Positions 35,570 through 48,883 are shown, numbered from the whole stretch's first letter. The stretch is DNA of 63,482 nt, filler included, from Folioceros fuciformis (GCA_049999805.1; 6 parts of 6 records of this genome joined end to end with filler, not necessarily neighbours in it); one strand, 5' to 3'. The notes: generated from the sequence alone by a model not told the origin. Made by a program: numbers and translations.

Positions 35570-38500
35570 GAGTTGATGTGCCAACCTGAGTACTGTACAT
35601 ACGTAAGGAGCCCAGCAGTTCCGCTTCCGAGGAGTAGTGTGGGCGGGGACGGATTTTGCAAGGATGGTCGTCGCCAGGAGCAGAAGCACTTGTGGCAACA
35701 ATTTTTCTTCGACCCTGCCGCGTAGTGGGACAACAGAGCAACGAGATGAGCTCCCGTTCGCCTGACTTCCGGCGTAAGGGATTTGGCGAGGATCTCTGGT
35801 TACACAGCATGTATAAGCCAGGCCAGCATGGATGGATGAGCAGCTCGTTTTCTTGGATACGTGTACAGATGAGTCAGGATGTCGCTCCGTCCAAGTGCTT
35901 TCGTTTTAAGCCAGAACGTGGCAGGCATATAGGTTCGGAAATGGGCACGGTAACGGCTACAACTGTGACCATGCTATGTCAGTAGGGGAAGATTTCTGAG
36001 GCGGTTGGAGTCCTGGATTCTCTGGCGCACGAAAAACTGCCATTTCACAGTCTCTGTTATACACTGTGCTAAAGCAATGTACAGCTAAGAAGGATTTGGT
36101 TGTGGGGCGAAGAGTTCATGATGTTACGGTGAAGCTTGGGTACGATGTGGATGCATACTTGGGGAACCATATCTTGCGCATGTATGCATGTGGAGGTAGC
36201 CTGGAGGAGGCCATGACTGTGTTCACCAGGGTGAGCAAACCAGATGCCTTCATGTGGTTTTCCATGATCTCCGCGTACGCTGAACGTGGGAAGCCTAAAG
36301 AGGACATACAACTGTACCATGAAATGCGTAGGTCAGGAGTCAAGGCTGATGCTCACGTCTTCGTACCTGCCCTACAAGCTCGTGCATTTGGTGCCGACTT
36401 GGAATCTGGCAGAAGAGTGCACTCTGATGTGTTGCACAGTGGCATTCGTCCTGACTTGTTTGTTGGCACCTCCCTGGTGGACGCATGCAAAATGTGGCGA
36501 ATTGCAAGATGCACGCAAGGCGTTCGAGAGTTTTGCCACAAAGAATGTGGTGACATGGACCACCCTGATTGCTGGCTATGGCCAGCAAGGGCTTGGACAT
36601 GAGGCTCTTGCTGTGTATGGACAAATGGAGCAGGAGGGGCTGGTTTTGGTCAACCATGTTACTTTTGCTTGTCTTCTGGACGCATGTGCAAGCACTGGTG
36701 CCTTACACATGGATGGGAAGGCAGGCAGCTGCACTCACAGATTGTTGAAAGAAAACTGGTGGATAACGTGGTGTTGGGCAGGGCAACTGCTTGGTGTCCA
36801 CATGTATGCGTGCAAAATGTTGCGAACTCCATGGAAGATGCACGCCAGGTTTTGACAGCTTGGCCACCAAGGATGTGGTGACATGGAATGCTCTGATGCC
36901 TGGGTATGCACAGCAACGACTTGGCCAAGATGCGTTTCTTCTTCTTCTATGTAGGAAAATGGAGCAAGAGGACCTCATTTCGGCAAACCATGTCACCTTT
37001 GCTTGCTTCTTGAATGCCTGTGGGAGCGGAGCACTGGTGCCTTACAGAAGGGCATGCAGCTGCACTCACAGATGGTGGAAAGAGGCCTGCTGGATGACAT
37101 AGTGTTGGGAACCAGCCTGGTGGACATGTATGCAAAATGTGGGGAACTGGAGGATGCACGCCAGGTTATTAACACGATGAACACAAAGAACGTGGTGCCA
37201 TGGAACGCCCTGATTGCTGGGTATGCACAGCAAGCTCTTGCCCAAGAGGCGCTGGTTCTGTATGAACAAATGGAAGAAGGCCACGTTGAGGCTAACCACG
37301 TTACTTTTGCTGGCCTTCTGAAGGGCTACGGAAGCACGGGTGCCTCCCAGAGGGGCAGGCATCTGCACTCACAGATTATGGAAAGAAAACTGGTGGATAA
37401 TGTGGTGTTGGGCAACTGCTTGGTGCCCACATGTATGCAAAATGTTGTGAACTCCATGGAAGATGCACGCCAGGTGTTTGACAGCTTGGCCACCAAGGAT
37501 GTGGTGACACGGACGGTGCTGACTGCTGGGTCTTCCCAGCAACGACTCGCACATGAGGCACTTGTGGTGTACGAACAAATCGAGCACGAAGGCCTTGTTT
37601 TGGCTAACCATTTTACTTTTGCTTGCCTCCTCAACGCCCGAGCCAGCACAGGTGCCTTGCAGACGGGCAGGCAGCTGCACTGACAGATTGTTGAAAGTGG
37701 ACTGCTGGTCAACGTAGTGTTGGGCAATTGCCTGGTGGACATGTATGCAAAATGCGGGGAACTGGAAGATGCACGCCAGGTTTTTGACAGCATGGCCACA
37801 AGGAATGTGTTGACATGGAATGCCCTGACATCGGGGTATGGAGCGTGTGTGGTGATGGGCACAGAGCATAAGCTTGTATTGAGGAGATGCTATTTGCTGG
37901 TATTCCGCCTGATGGTGCAACTTTTACATTCCTTGTAGCAGCATGCAGTCATGAGGAGCTGGTCCACGAGGGCCGCAAGTACTTTGATTCCATCGCTGAA
38001 GAGCATGCCATCAAACCAGCTCTTGAGCATTACAATTGCATGGTTGACCTTTTTGGGCGTACAGGCCATTTAGATGAGGCTGAGAAAATGTTTTGTCTTG
38101 TGAGGACCAAAGGAATGTTGTGGGGCTGACGTCGCCATTGAATGCGTGCAGAAGTCACGGAGATGTAGAGAGGGCGATGTGGTGTTTCGACGGTCTGGTG
38201 AAAGTGGACTGTCAGTGGGCGCCCGCAAATGTGCTCATGGCCAATGTCTTCGCAGATGCAGGCAGGTGGAGCGATATAGACCGGATTGAAACACAGAGAC
38301 TAGTAGCAGGAGCCAACAAGAATCCTGGAGTTGCGAGCATTGAGGTGAAAAAGCAAGTACATAGATTTGTGGTGGGAGGCAGGAGAGAGGATATTGCGCT
38401 GAAGGTACAGTGCACGAATGCACGACTGAAGCAGGAAGGAGGCCACGTTCCTGGCACAAATTTGGTGTTGAGGCCTGTGCGTCAGAAGGAAAAGGAAGAT

Positions 38501-38700
38501 GCGCTTTGTGGGCATGCTGAGAGGCTAGCCCAGCTCTGGCGTTTGGTCTGTTGAACACTTCGAGTGGGACCTTCAGGGCACAAATCTTGAGGTTCGTGTG
38601 TTGGACGCGAGTGAGAGATTCCGATGAAGTGGGTAGTTTCCTGCTCTCTACTACAATCACAAGCGACAAGTGCATTCCTGCTTTGAGTGACGTCCTGTGG
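35570..38700 (+). pseudogene. Frameshifted PLS-PPR DYW:KP-type pseudogene
   Basis: PPR motifs are spread over several frames with in-frame stops (e.g. TAG near 35983, TGA at 37681). KNPGVASIEV...EGGHVP...KEDALCGHAERLA is present but CxxC is lost. The start position is approximate. Confidence 0.9.
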
Positions 38701-39731
38701 TGAATGCATTCCTGAGCCACGAACGCAGCCACTGTTGAGACATTTGCTTGCACGGACAAAGCAATGCAAAACAAGGTGAGTATCTGCACTTATACGTTTC
38801 TTCCACAGCAGGATGCGAGTGTTCCAAGAAAACGTGTCTGGCAAGCACAGCCTGTTGCAGGGGGCGAAACCTTCAGTCTCCGATGTGGCAAGGCGGTTCA
38901 GGTTCAAGTCGTAGGGAGAGGATTCGTGGTTCCGGTTGGTTTGGTAAGAGTATGGGACCGATTACACTGGAGGTGTGGGATGGAATCCCAACATGTCTAG
39001 AAGCACCTGCTGTGGCTCTGTAGCTCACCTTGATTTCCACAGCTGACCTGGAACTCCTTGGTCGTGTGTGTGCATGGGTCACAATCGAGGCACGATGCAG
39101 ACGGTGGTGCATGCTTCAGAATTCGAAGCTGCAGGGTGCCCTGTCTCTGTAACGCTGCTTGCCGATCATGCTTGTAGTGTAGAATCCTCAACACATCCAC
39201 ATGATTCCGTTGTTTCACTGAGTCGTGACATGAGTCGTGAATGAGAAACCCCCTTGGACTTGCATACACAAGGCTCTCCACGTTGACTCTCCATGTTTCT
39301 GTCTGCACTGCGCCTCACGCAGGGCAGGAAGGTTGGCAAGACTGCTGAGATGAGATGCATACGTATGCATTGACATAATTTGTCACCCTGGTTCAGGCCA
39401 CCATGTTGTCACGAGTTTCGAGGCGTGCTCCGTCCACGGCTCCTCCAGGTAAGTACAAGGTCAAGTACAAGGCTTCTTCATTCCAATAACAATTTTGTCC
39501 CCATAGGGCAAGAAGAAAGCTCTATAATGGTTATCTAGATGCGATAAGCTTGGACGTTGATTGCAATGTGAAGATTCTCTTCGAATGGTCTTAACCAAAG
39601 GTTGTGAAGATTCNNNNNNNNNNNNNNNNNNNNNNNNNNNNNNNNNNNNNNNNNNNNTTAATTAATTAANNNNNNNNNNNNNNNNNNNNNNNNNNNNNNN
39701 NNNNNNNNNNNNNGCCTGGGCAGCCTCGTGT

Positions 39732-39783
39732 CTCTCACACAAGACTCTGTGAGTCCTGTGACTCACAGAGTCTTGTGTGAGAG
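39732..39783. repeat. Perfect hairpin, 24 bp stem with a 4 nt loop
   Basis: CTCTCACACAAGACTCTGTGAGTC-CTGT-GACTCACAGAGTCTTGTGTGAGAG. Confidence 0.95.
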
Positions 39784-40396
39784 GAGATGGCCGTGTGGCC
39801 CGCGTGATAGACAAACGCATTTGGAGCAGTCAGACGTGCGTCTTAAAAATAGTTTGCGAGTCTGGCATACGGAGGACTCTTTTGGCAAAGTTACTTAGGT
39901 TGACCGTCGCAGTGCCATCAGGTCTTCCTTGTTAAATCAGGCTGCCCTGTAATGTCCAGCTGTCACCTTCCAACTGTCGTTGCACATACAGCAGACGGAT
40001 GTCACAACTTGAAAGAAAGACGGGCACCCTATGGACTGTAATTCACTAAGTGCCAAAATCATCCCCAAGACAGTAGCACATGGATTATGGAGGAGGAACA
40101 AGCGTGTTTAACAGTAGAAACTGCAGGCCGGGAGCTCTCCCAGCTAATTCATGCGAACACAGTACTACGGGTCACTTCTTCATGCCAACAGAAGCAGAAT
40201 TCGCAAGCGCACAGCGCACAGTGCACAGTAGAAATGGCGTAACCTTGCTGCACTCACTCCTTCCTCCATTCTAAGTTGAGAGAATCTGTGAAGAACAAAG
40301 CTTCACTGACCATGGTCCAGTCAAATCAGGCTGTGAGCGGCTTCCTGACAAATGAAGATGACTGAGGCCATCCTAGCTGTAACTCGCTGTCCCATA

Positions 40397-41482
40397 TCAT
40401 TCCCGTTTCTTGGAATAAGAATCATCACCTGAAATTCGCTGTTCTCGGTACGCAAAGTACAAGGATAGCGATGCAGAAGGCCCGACTGCCACTGCCCCTA
40501 CAAGTACGAGAGAACCGGCAACGAAGCCATCTTCCAATATTGCCAGGTACAGGAGAGCCAGAAACAGAACAATACAGTCGACGGCTAGGAAGAACACAGG
40601 GAACGTGGAGGAGCCCGGGGTGTGGTTAGTCAGAGCCTGAAGGGCAAGGCGGGGCAGATTTGGATCCCGAACTAGGTACACAAGGGCCACCAAGTGCCAC
40701 AACAGTCCAGCTCCTGCCTCCAGAATGTGCAACGCGATGATGGCCTTGTGGCCACGCACCTGGGGTGTGGTCTCTGTGGTGCGCACAGGGAGCCACAGCA
40801 AGGGCACAAGTATGGGCACGAACTGGAACGCAACGATGAATGACTCCTTCTGCAAATCCTCCAGAGGGAAAATCATACCAGCTACGTTGAATTGCAGTGC
40901 TGCAACGCCCAGCGCAATAAGCATGACCCGGTAAATGGAGACTCTCCTGCCCAGATTGCTCGCCTCGGATGATCGGTGGTCTTCACCGTACAAGAAGTAA
41001 AGCGGCAGCCATACTAGAGGCACCACCACAGAGATCCCCTTCAACTGAAAAAGGAGCGCGTGGAAAGGCAACAACGACAACAACCACCCGCTCCCATACC
41101 TGCCACCAATTCACCAAATTAACGGAGCAAGCACTGCCAGGCAGCTACGAGGGCAGCACAGAAACAAGACGAAGGTCGCTTCGTACCTTGATCCCTCCAC
41201 AGCCATGAAAGCAAACGCAGCCCACACCACGGATGTCACATATCCGGCGACCCACTGCCCCTCGGCACTCGACAGCGCTACCTTGAAGAACGTAACCAGG
41301 ACGCACAAGAACTTGTCTGTCCCCTCATGGCCGATTCCCCAGGCATACGCCATCGCCTCGGGGCAACCATTTTCGAGCGAGGGGAGCTCAACGTCCGCGT
41401 CCTTGAACAAGAGGTGGTGGGTGAGGAGACCTAACAGCACAAGGGGCGAGGCCTTCGCCACTCCGGCCAGCTGCAGCCCCAT
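40397..41482 (-). CDS. Multi-pass membrane protein resembling fungal CtvD/AurD-like proteins, 2 exons (intron 41100-41186)
   Basis: An 87 nt GT-AG intron removes an in-frame stop and joins EGSR|YGSG. Motifs DKFLCVLVTFF, VEGSR, FQLKGISVVVPL and GPSASLSLYFAYRE, with many hydrophobic helices. The family call is from memory. Confidence 0.75.
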
Positions 41483-41954
41483 GACAGTTCGTACCAACCG
41501 TAGATGGCAAATGCCAACGTGATCCCTTTAGGTTCATCAGCGCAAACGGAATCAACGTCTGCCAAAGAAAGGGAATCCGATCGAACCGGACGGTCCGCAC
41601 AGTGTCACATTCCAGAGTTGGATTTGTATCGTGTAACAAAGGAGCTACAGTTCTCTTCCACACATGGACTACTGTGGAAATTGGAAATTTGGAGTTTGCA
41701 CATGCTGCACACGGGCTCACAGTACACTCCCATCAACCTTCCCCCTACTTCGCGATGAGGGCTGGGGAGCGCGTGAAGCCAGGAGGGTGTCTGTTAGGTC
41801 ACCATGCAGCGACCTGTACCCCGTGCCTTGCCACATTATCGATCCATACAAGGGATGAAATGCGAACGAGAGGAAGGTGTAATGGCCTATGTAGACAGTG
41901 GATAAATTCAGCTGACCATCGCAGAATGTCCCTCACACACACAAGCATTGGGCT

Positions 41955-42254
41955 ATGGCGGTCACCACAAAGCGCATTGCCTACGGCCTCATGGCATTCG
42001 TCGTGGTGATAGCCACATTGCGAATTGCCGAGGCTGATTGTCTGGCAACCAGCTTGTCACCCTGCGTAGACTCGGCCACCGGCAGTATACAGACGGCGCC
42101 AACCCCAAAGTGCTGTGATGCAGTCAAGGCAGTCACGGTCGACTGCCTTTGCGGCATCTTAAGCAGCGCGGGGATCTCCTCAACTGATCCGCTTGTCACC
42201 AACTACATCAATGCCTGTTCTCTAAATGTGCAACCTGGCTTCAAATGCGCCTGA
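41955..42254 (+). CDS. Non-specific lipid transfer protein (8-cysteine motif)
   Basis: Signal peptide followed by the C..C..CC..CXC..C..C pattern. Confidence 0.88.
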   Translation: MAVTTKRIAYGLMAFVVVIATLRIAEADCLATSLSPCVDSATGSIQTAPTPKCCDAVKAVTVDCLCGILSSAGISSTDPLVTNYINACSLNVQPGFKCA

Positions 42255-43064
42255 GGAGGCTCTCCTGCCTTCGCCATGAGGTACTAAATTCCAGGCTAAG
42301 ACTAGAACAGTTCTTTGAAACAACAACACTGCCAACATGTGCGTGGATGATTACAGATGAGCCAGCCAGCAACGACAATGAGGTGGGCAGCTTTAGAGGT
42401 TGGAGCTCCAGTCATCACATAACGTCTTAGTCGCTATATGCACCAGTCTTGGACAACATCTCTCGTGCAACTGCTTGTTGTCAAGGTTCTGTCCAAATAA
42501 TAAAACTTGCGTCTTACAATCTGGACCATTTCGTGCAAATGTTGTGACATAGAATAAACTCTGGCAAGACCTGCAAAAATTGCAAAGCACGTACCACAGG
42601 TGCATACCCTGAAACAGAATCCATCTGAAAATGTTGTCGTTTAGGGCACCAAGACTCTCTTTCCAATCCCATCAGGCCACAAGAGAGTGCTCGAGCAAAC
42701 TCACACCTACTGTTCTTCATTTTGTGCAAAGATTGTCACCGTCTTCACCCTCATGCCCAGAGTCAGGAACAATTGCACCACGTAGACCACGTCTACCTTA
42801 GCATCGTTTCTAAAACCGATAGCGTTTGGCTGCAACCATTTCTACCAGAGTTAAACACATCATCCTGCCTCGGTTATCAATACCCACAAAGTCTGTCTGC
42901 ACAAATTTCTGGTTGTGGTTGACACTACATCACCCTGCCTCAGTTCAGACTACCAAGAGAGTCAGTCTACACACGTCCCGCCTGTAATAGATACTACATC
43001 AGCCTGCCTCGAACACAAGCTCAGACCTCTTGACCTCAGAAGCCTATTTCGCGTTCTAATATTG

Positions 43065-43550
43065 ACCACTTCTTTCCCTTGCCACCTAGCGGGACAGGAC
43101 ATCGTGGGCAGAAGACAAGCAGCTTCAGGTAAGTATGAGCGGTAACTACCTGCTCAGCATCAACAGCCATTGGTGGCCTGTTCGTATATCGGCTTCAGTC
43201 ACTGTCAGCGGCTAAAGGAGCCGAAGCATCTGGTACCGTGTTGCCTACTGCCGACACAAAGTAAAGATTTCCTGTGAATGATACGATGAATAGCTTCAAG
43301 TATTAACCACTTCTCTCCCATACCACCTAGCGGGACAGGACATGGTAGGCAGAATACGAGCAGCTTCAGGTAAGTATGAACGGCAAATACCTGCTAACCA
43401 TCAACATCCATTGGGGGCCTACTACTAGTCCGGATTCAGACAATGTCAGCGGCTACAGGAGCAGAAGTATAAAGTACCATGCTGCCTACTGCCGACATAA
43501 AGTAGAGATTTCCTGTGCATGCTACTATGAATAACTTCGAGGCATCACAA
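43065..43550. repeat. About 242 bp direct tandem duplication
   Basis: ACCACTTCT...CCACCTAGCGGGACAGGACAT...GCAGCTTCAGGTAAGTATGA at 43065 and 43307. Confidence 0.85.
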
Positions 43551-44687
43551 GCCCCACGAATAAACACTGATAAAAGAAAAGTGTTCAGATCTGTTTGAGA
43601 CACCACAGACAATGCCAGATTCTTGCAACTATTGTATGCAAAACATGACCTTCTCAAATCGCTTAGGCGAAGAGCAAATTGGCCCCGGGAGAGTCCACAG
43701 TAAACACGATAACCTGAAATTTTACAGTTGAAATCTTCACCATCCCGGCAGCTGCAGGTGAAGCATCGAAAGGTACTGATTCACAACAAATGACTATTAC
43801 TGGTTTACAACAAATATGGTTGCAAAGGTCGGTATAAAGAATGACACAGCAACGCAAACTGTGAAAATAGAAGCCAACCGTTTGAAAACGCACAAGATCA
43901 TCCAAGAGAATCCCCTCCCCCAATCCAGGATCGCCCAAACATTCTGGGGCACAGTAAAAGATCGCTACATGGATACTTCTGTTTCCACTCAGTCAAGGGA
44001 GTTTAAACTTAAGAACAGTTCCTGAAATCGGCTCAAACCTTGCATCTGCAACAAGTCTCAGCATTTGACCTAAAATGAGATGAAACATATCAGGACAAGA
44101 CGCAGGGACAAAATAGGAAGAAAGGCCCGTGAGTGAGAATCTGGTAGTTGTACACCGAAAAGGCTCCCTGTTCTCCCCAGTTAGTGATACCAAGTTACCC
44201 CCACACACAAGCCAATGTCCAAGACTATCGAAACATGCATACAAATTTCGGTTGGCTCTTCGGAGGGACTCAGGATCTGAAGATCCTCCCAAAGTGCCTC
44301 ACTCCAAGAGTCTTTGCCTCCACTGTTTGAGCCAACCAGCAGGAGCTTGTCTTCTCGACTTATTTAGAGTCAAACCTCTGTGGCTAACTATCAAATCAGG
44401 CAGAATGGAGACGAGACCCGCCCAACAAACCAGCGCGATGGAGTGCCGCAATGCCGAAGACAAGCAGACATCCCTATCAACAGGACGACACCAGGTTCAT
44501 GACCGGCACAATAGGATGAAACAACCATTCACTCCACGAGCGAAGATCAGACGCCGGTCATTAGACTTGCTATCTGTGCGCATCACACAAACGATTGACA
44601 AAGACTAAGCAGACACCCCAATCAACGATGGCCGCAGCTCCCTCACCGGAGAATGAGGTCGAAACAACCACTCAACCCAACAGCAAA

Positions 44688-45195
44688 TGTCACAACCCGG
44701 TCATCAGATACAAACTTGCCATTTATGAAGATAGCAGGAACACAACCCCTATGGGTCTGTAGGCATCAAGGACTAGTTCTCCCATCAAGCTTGAACTAGT
44801 AACACTCCCACGAGCTACTGCTCTAGCCGCCTCGACACAATTCAAAGCAACACATGTGCCGCTGCATCCTAGAGCTAGGTCAGCCAACGTATAAACAAGT
44901 TTAGCCTGTATGTACAACATTTGAGTCCGGTTGAGTTCCCAGAGTTACGATGCTCGACAAGAATCATGCTGATCATGCACCTCGGACTGGGAACGTCGCT
45001 GACATAGGAACTCGAGAGGGAATTTTGAAAAGTGATAGTTTCTCTAAGATCATCGCCAGTCATCAGTGTACGGTGACGGTCAGGCCACGGTCAAGCGGGG
45101 CCCAACACGCTCGCTTACATGCCTCGTCCGGGGATCGGGTTGTGTCATCATGCGCCACCCTTCGGGTGGTCAGTCAGGGACTCGGGAGTGTGACA
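44688..45195. mobile_element. Possible Ty3-type LTR (about 508 bp)
   Basis: Termini TGTCACAACCCG ... CGGGAGTGTGACA form an imperfect inverted repeat. No matching TSD was seen. Confidence 0.5.
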
Positions 45196-45789
45196 CTTGC
45201 TTCCAATAGGGGGACTCAAAGTTCTTTGCCGAGCCTAGAAAACGGAAACGGGCATTTTGTCATTTCAACAAGGAAGGGGTATCAAGTTTGACTACTCCCA
45301 TTTCAGATGAAGACAGGAATTAAGAGTGAGCCCGCTCAAACTTGAACACCATCCATCTGCCCGCTTTGCTTTCATCTCGGGGTTCTGCGACTTCATAAGA
45401 AAAAATGTACAGCATTCATGGAGCGTCGGCGGATTTGAAATTACGGAGACTCCCATGGTAGTGGTTGGTGGTGCTCCAAGGAAGTTCGAGAGGGAATGTG
45501 ATGTCGGCGCCGCTTGGCCCTCCCCATCTGATTCACCCTCCTTTACCTCCTCATATGTCAGACTCCCTCATATTTCAGACTCCCTCATATTTCAGACTCC
45601 CTGCATTCCATTGCTTCCTCTTGCCTATTTGCCTCTCAATTTTCTGGGAATCTACACTCAACCCCCACCACCATGCCTTCTCCTGCTTTTGCAAGGCGAC
45701 CTACTATTGCTATTCCCACCCCTCTACCAAATGGTATGCCCTCTCATGCGCTTGTGCTAGCTTCCAACTTATAGCCTTTGGTGCCTACA

Positions 45790-47113
45790 CAGCTGCCCAG
45801 GGTCAACTCACCACAAGCTCAGAGCTTAAAGCGTCTTTGCAAGGGCACGAGCACGGGGTCCTAGACCAATTTAACCCGAAAGGACTATGCCATGATTTCC
45901 AATTATTTAGAGCAACCCGAGCAATTTGCAGCCTTTTTTGGATCATCAAAACGCCCAAAAATTGCAAGTAAGAACCAGTTGAAGAAGACTGCCTTTGCAG
46001 CCATGGCCGCAACTTTGGCGGAGCATGGATTCAGAACCCTCGATTGGTGCAAGCTAAAAAAAAAGGGTGGAACGATATGTCACCAGGTATAAGAAAGCAG
46101 CTGAATTTTTGAAGGAAACAAGGAAAGGCTTAACTGAGGAGGAATGTAGAGTAGGTGTCACCATTGAGGAGAAGTTGGAGGGCTTATGCCCTTACTTTGA
46201 TCAGATGCATGCCATTTTTGGTGAACAGCCCAACCTGAGCCCACTAGACAGTTTTGAAATTGGAATACCATCTATTGCTTCACTAGAGCCTCCCTCCAGC
46301 CAGCCTGCATTGTTTGTTGACTATTTGGATGAGCTTGTTCAATGGTGGATGCTGAGCTTGAACACTTCGAAGTCCATGCAGTTGAAGTGCCAACAACATC
46401 GTCAACCCAATCCCCTAAACAGTCCACTCACTCTCCTACCAATCCACCACTGTCTCCGAATCCTGTCACTCAAGTGGTTCCTCAAACAATTGTGCTCCCT
46501 CTTTACCATCTTGCCACTGTTCTTTATTTTCTATTTAATTTTTGACCAAAGGTTGACTTGACAATGATACATCTTCCAAGGCTTGGACAGCTTGAAAGAC
46601 AGCAATCCAATGATCATCAAACCAACAAACCAGCTCGCCAGGCCACCTCCCTGCCAACTTGAATTGAGCCTGGCCCCATAAAGCCTTGTAGCCTAGCTGG
46701 AGTTTTCACTGATCATATGGCAAAACAACTTGAATGGAAAAGAGCCACCTTCAAGAGTTCTCAAGAGCAGCAAGAGTGCGAATTGACCTTGAAGCAAGAG
46801 TTGAAACTCACGAAATTCCAACTTCAACAAGAGACCTCCAAAATAGATGGTAAGCTCAAGTGTATGGAGGTTAAACTACGGTAAGAGGCACACAAAGCAA
46901 AATTAGAAATGCAATTGCAGGTACATGAATTTAATGCAACCCAAGCATGGAAGCGCTAAGAATTTCTTGGATGTGCCTTGATGTGGAGTGCAGGAATAGA
47001 GCATCCAAATTTGTTAGTTCGTGCCAACTGATGGTTGAGCTCTTTAAGGCCAACAAGACTCCGGAAGAGATTCAAGCATATATGGCTATCGCTAATGCCA
47101 ATCTCTTTAAGTA
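45790..47113 (+). mobile_element. PIF/Harbinger Myb/SANT-like accessory protein, degenerate
   Basis: AFAAMAATL...RYKKAAEFLKETRKGLT...EKLEGLCPYFDQMHAIFG, a Ser/Pro linker and a coiled-coil tail. It is convergent with the transposase. Confidence 0.7.
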
Positions 47114-47345
47114 GGAGATGCAATAGCCTTCAATTGATAATAACACTTGACTTGTGTTTTACATGCTCTCATGGAGAACCATTTTCTTGTAATCAACTAC
47201 ACACACTGGTCTAAGAAATTTTTTGGTGCTTTAAGGAAGGCTGAGAACTGCTACCTGCCAAATCTTACTAATTCTTGTCTTTTTTCCCTATGAACCACAA
47301 ACTAGTCCATATCAAGTAAACCACTTACACATTACAGAAGACAAG

Positions 47346-47876
47346 TTACACATGGAGGCAACCTCCTTGAAGGCGATGGAACCTTAAGGCTTCTGCCATT
47401 ACTTTTTCTTGTAGCACTTGGCCTATCACTCGATGTGCTGCTTCAGAGGTTGCTATTACTCCTGCAAGGTTGTGGTCATCCTGCCCACTCAAGTTGTTGT
47501 TTGGTTCTTTGTTAGTCTCTAAAGGCTCATCCTGCATGTCATCCTTAGTCCAAAAATTAGAAGTACACATCATATAGTTATGGAGTAGGGCACATACACA
47601 AATCCAATGGCAGACATGAGAGTAGTTAGCCTTGTTGGAGATTTGTGTACGAACCTCCTTCAAGCTAAACCAACGGGACTTAAGTACACCAATACAATGT
47701 CCATTCACGTAGCTATGGAACATGAAATTTTGGGATACAGGACAGGCTCCTATCCTGCTGTTTTGAGTGTTTTGCCCACATTTTTGTTTGATTTGTGTCT
47801 TCTTTTCTCCTTCATGTCTGTTTGAGTCCCGTTTGGTGTTCCTTGGTCTTTGGTGGTTAAATTGTGCGTCGAGCAT
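47346..47876 (-). mobile_element. PIF/Harbinger (HARBI1-like DDE) transposase C-terminal fragment
   Basis: HCIGVLKSRWFSL...ICVCALLHNY. Confidence 0.8.
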
Positions 47877-48883
47877 ACCTATGCGTTTGGTAGGTCCGAG
47901 GGGTCATCATCTAACTAGATTTTCCATTAATTATTCTAGTTCCTATTAGAAAGAGTGAAACTGTTAGGACAGTTGGTCTAATTCTTGGTAGGTTGACCTA
48001 CGGCCATTTAGAGTGATTTTTGTGAGCAGTGTGTTTATTAGTCTTGCGTGTCAGTAGAAGAATAAATTCCTAAGTCTTAATAGAGTAATAAGGGTTAGGT
48101 GTTAGTTAGTGTCAGTTACGTATCCGTGGATCACAAGCCTACATGACGGGTAGGTTAGACAATAGGAGGATGTCTTATACTTAGGGATAGTAGAGCAGAT
48201 TTGGGACACGTGTGAGCATGCATAACAAGAGTAAAACGGTGGGGAGTGTGCACATGTGACCAGTACCTCCGCAACCGCCACCATCACCATATCGACCTGC
48301 CTCTTACGCCCGCGCTTCAGCTCTCAACAACGAATCGCCTACCTCAGCTCTCGCCAAGATTTAGAAGGAAGGGACAAGATTGATTGGAGGATGAAATGAT
48401 TTCTATTGTAGGAGCGTGCGGCTTAAAGGCAGAAACACAAGTTGAAGGCCAAGGAGTGTTGAACTTTTTCTCGATGTGTGCAGGAGTCCTTGGCTCTCGA
48501 TGTTTTCAGAATCAGCAGTTGCCTATATAAGACGGCCAGGACGACAAAGACCACTCATGTTGGGCAAAATGGTGACATGCAACCACTCTAAGTCCTCAAG
48601 TTCTTGAGAGCTTAGGGAAAGCAACCGTTTGTGAGCAAACGAGTGGGCAGCAAAGGACTGTGAGTTGGAGGAGGCAATGAGGCTGCCAAGGGGGAGAAGG
48701 AACGGGTGGTTGCCCTTTCTTTTTATTTTTTCCCTTCTGTGTTTAGGGAGCAATTTGGAGGTAGGATCCTAGGGATCTGTGAGTTGGAGGAGGCATAGGA
48801 TGCATGTGAGGCTGGCTGAAGCAGTGAGAAGGAGGGCTGTGAGCAAACGGAATGAAAAGCCACCTCCCAACAATTCTCTTTTC

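Noticed and set aside
35983..37683. Idea that stops in the PPR pseudogene are repaired by U-to-C editing
   Set aside because: It is a nuclear gene with multiple frameshifts and a lost CxxC motif, which editing cannot restore.
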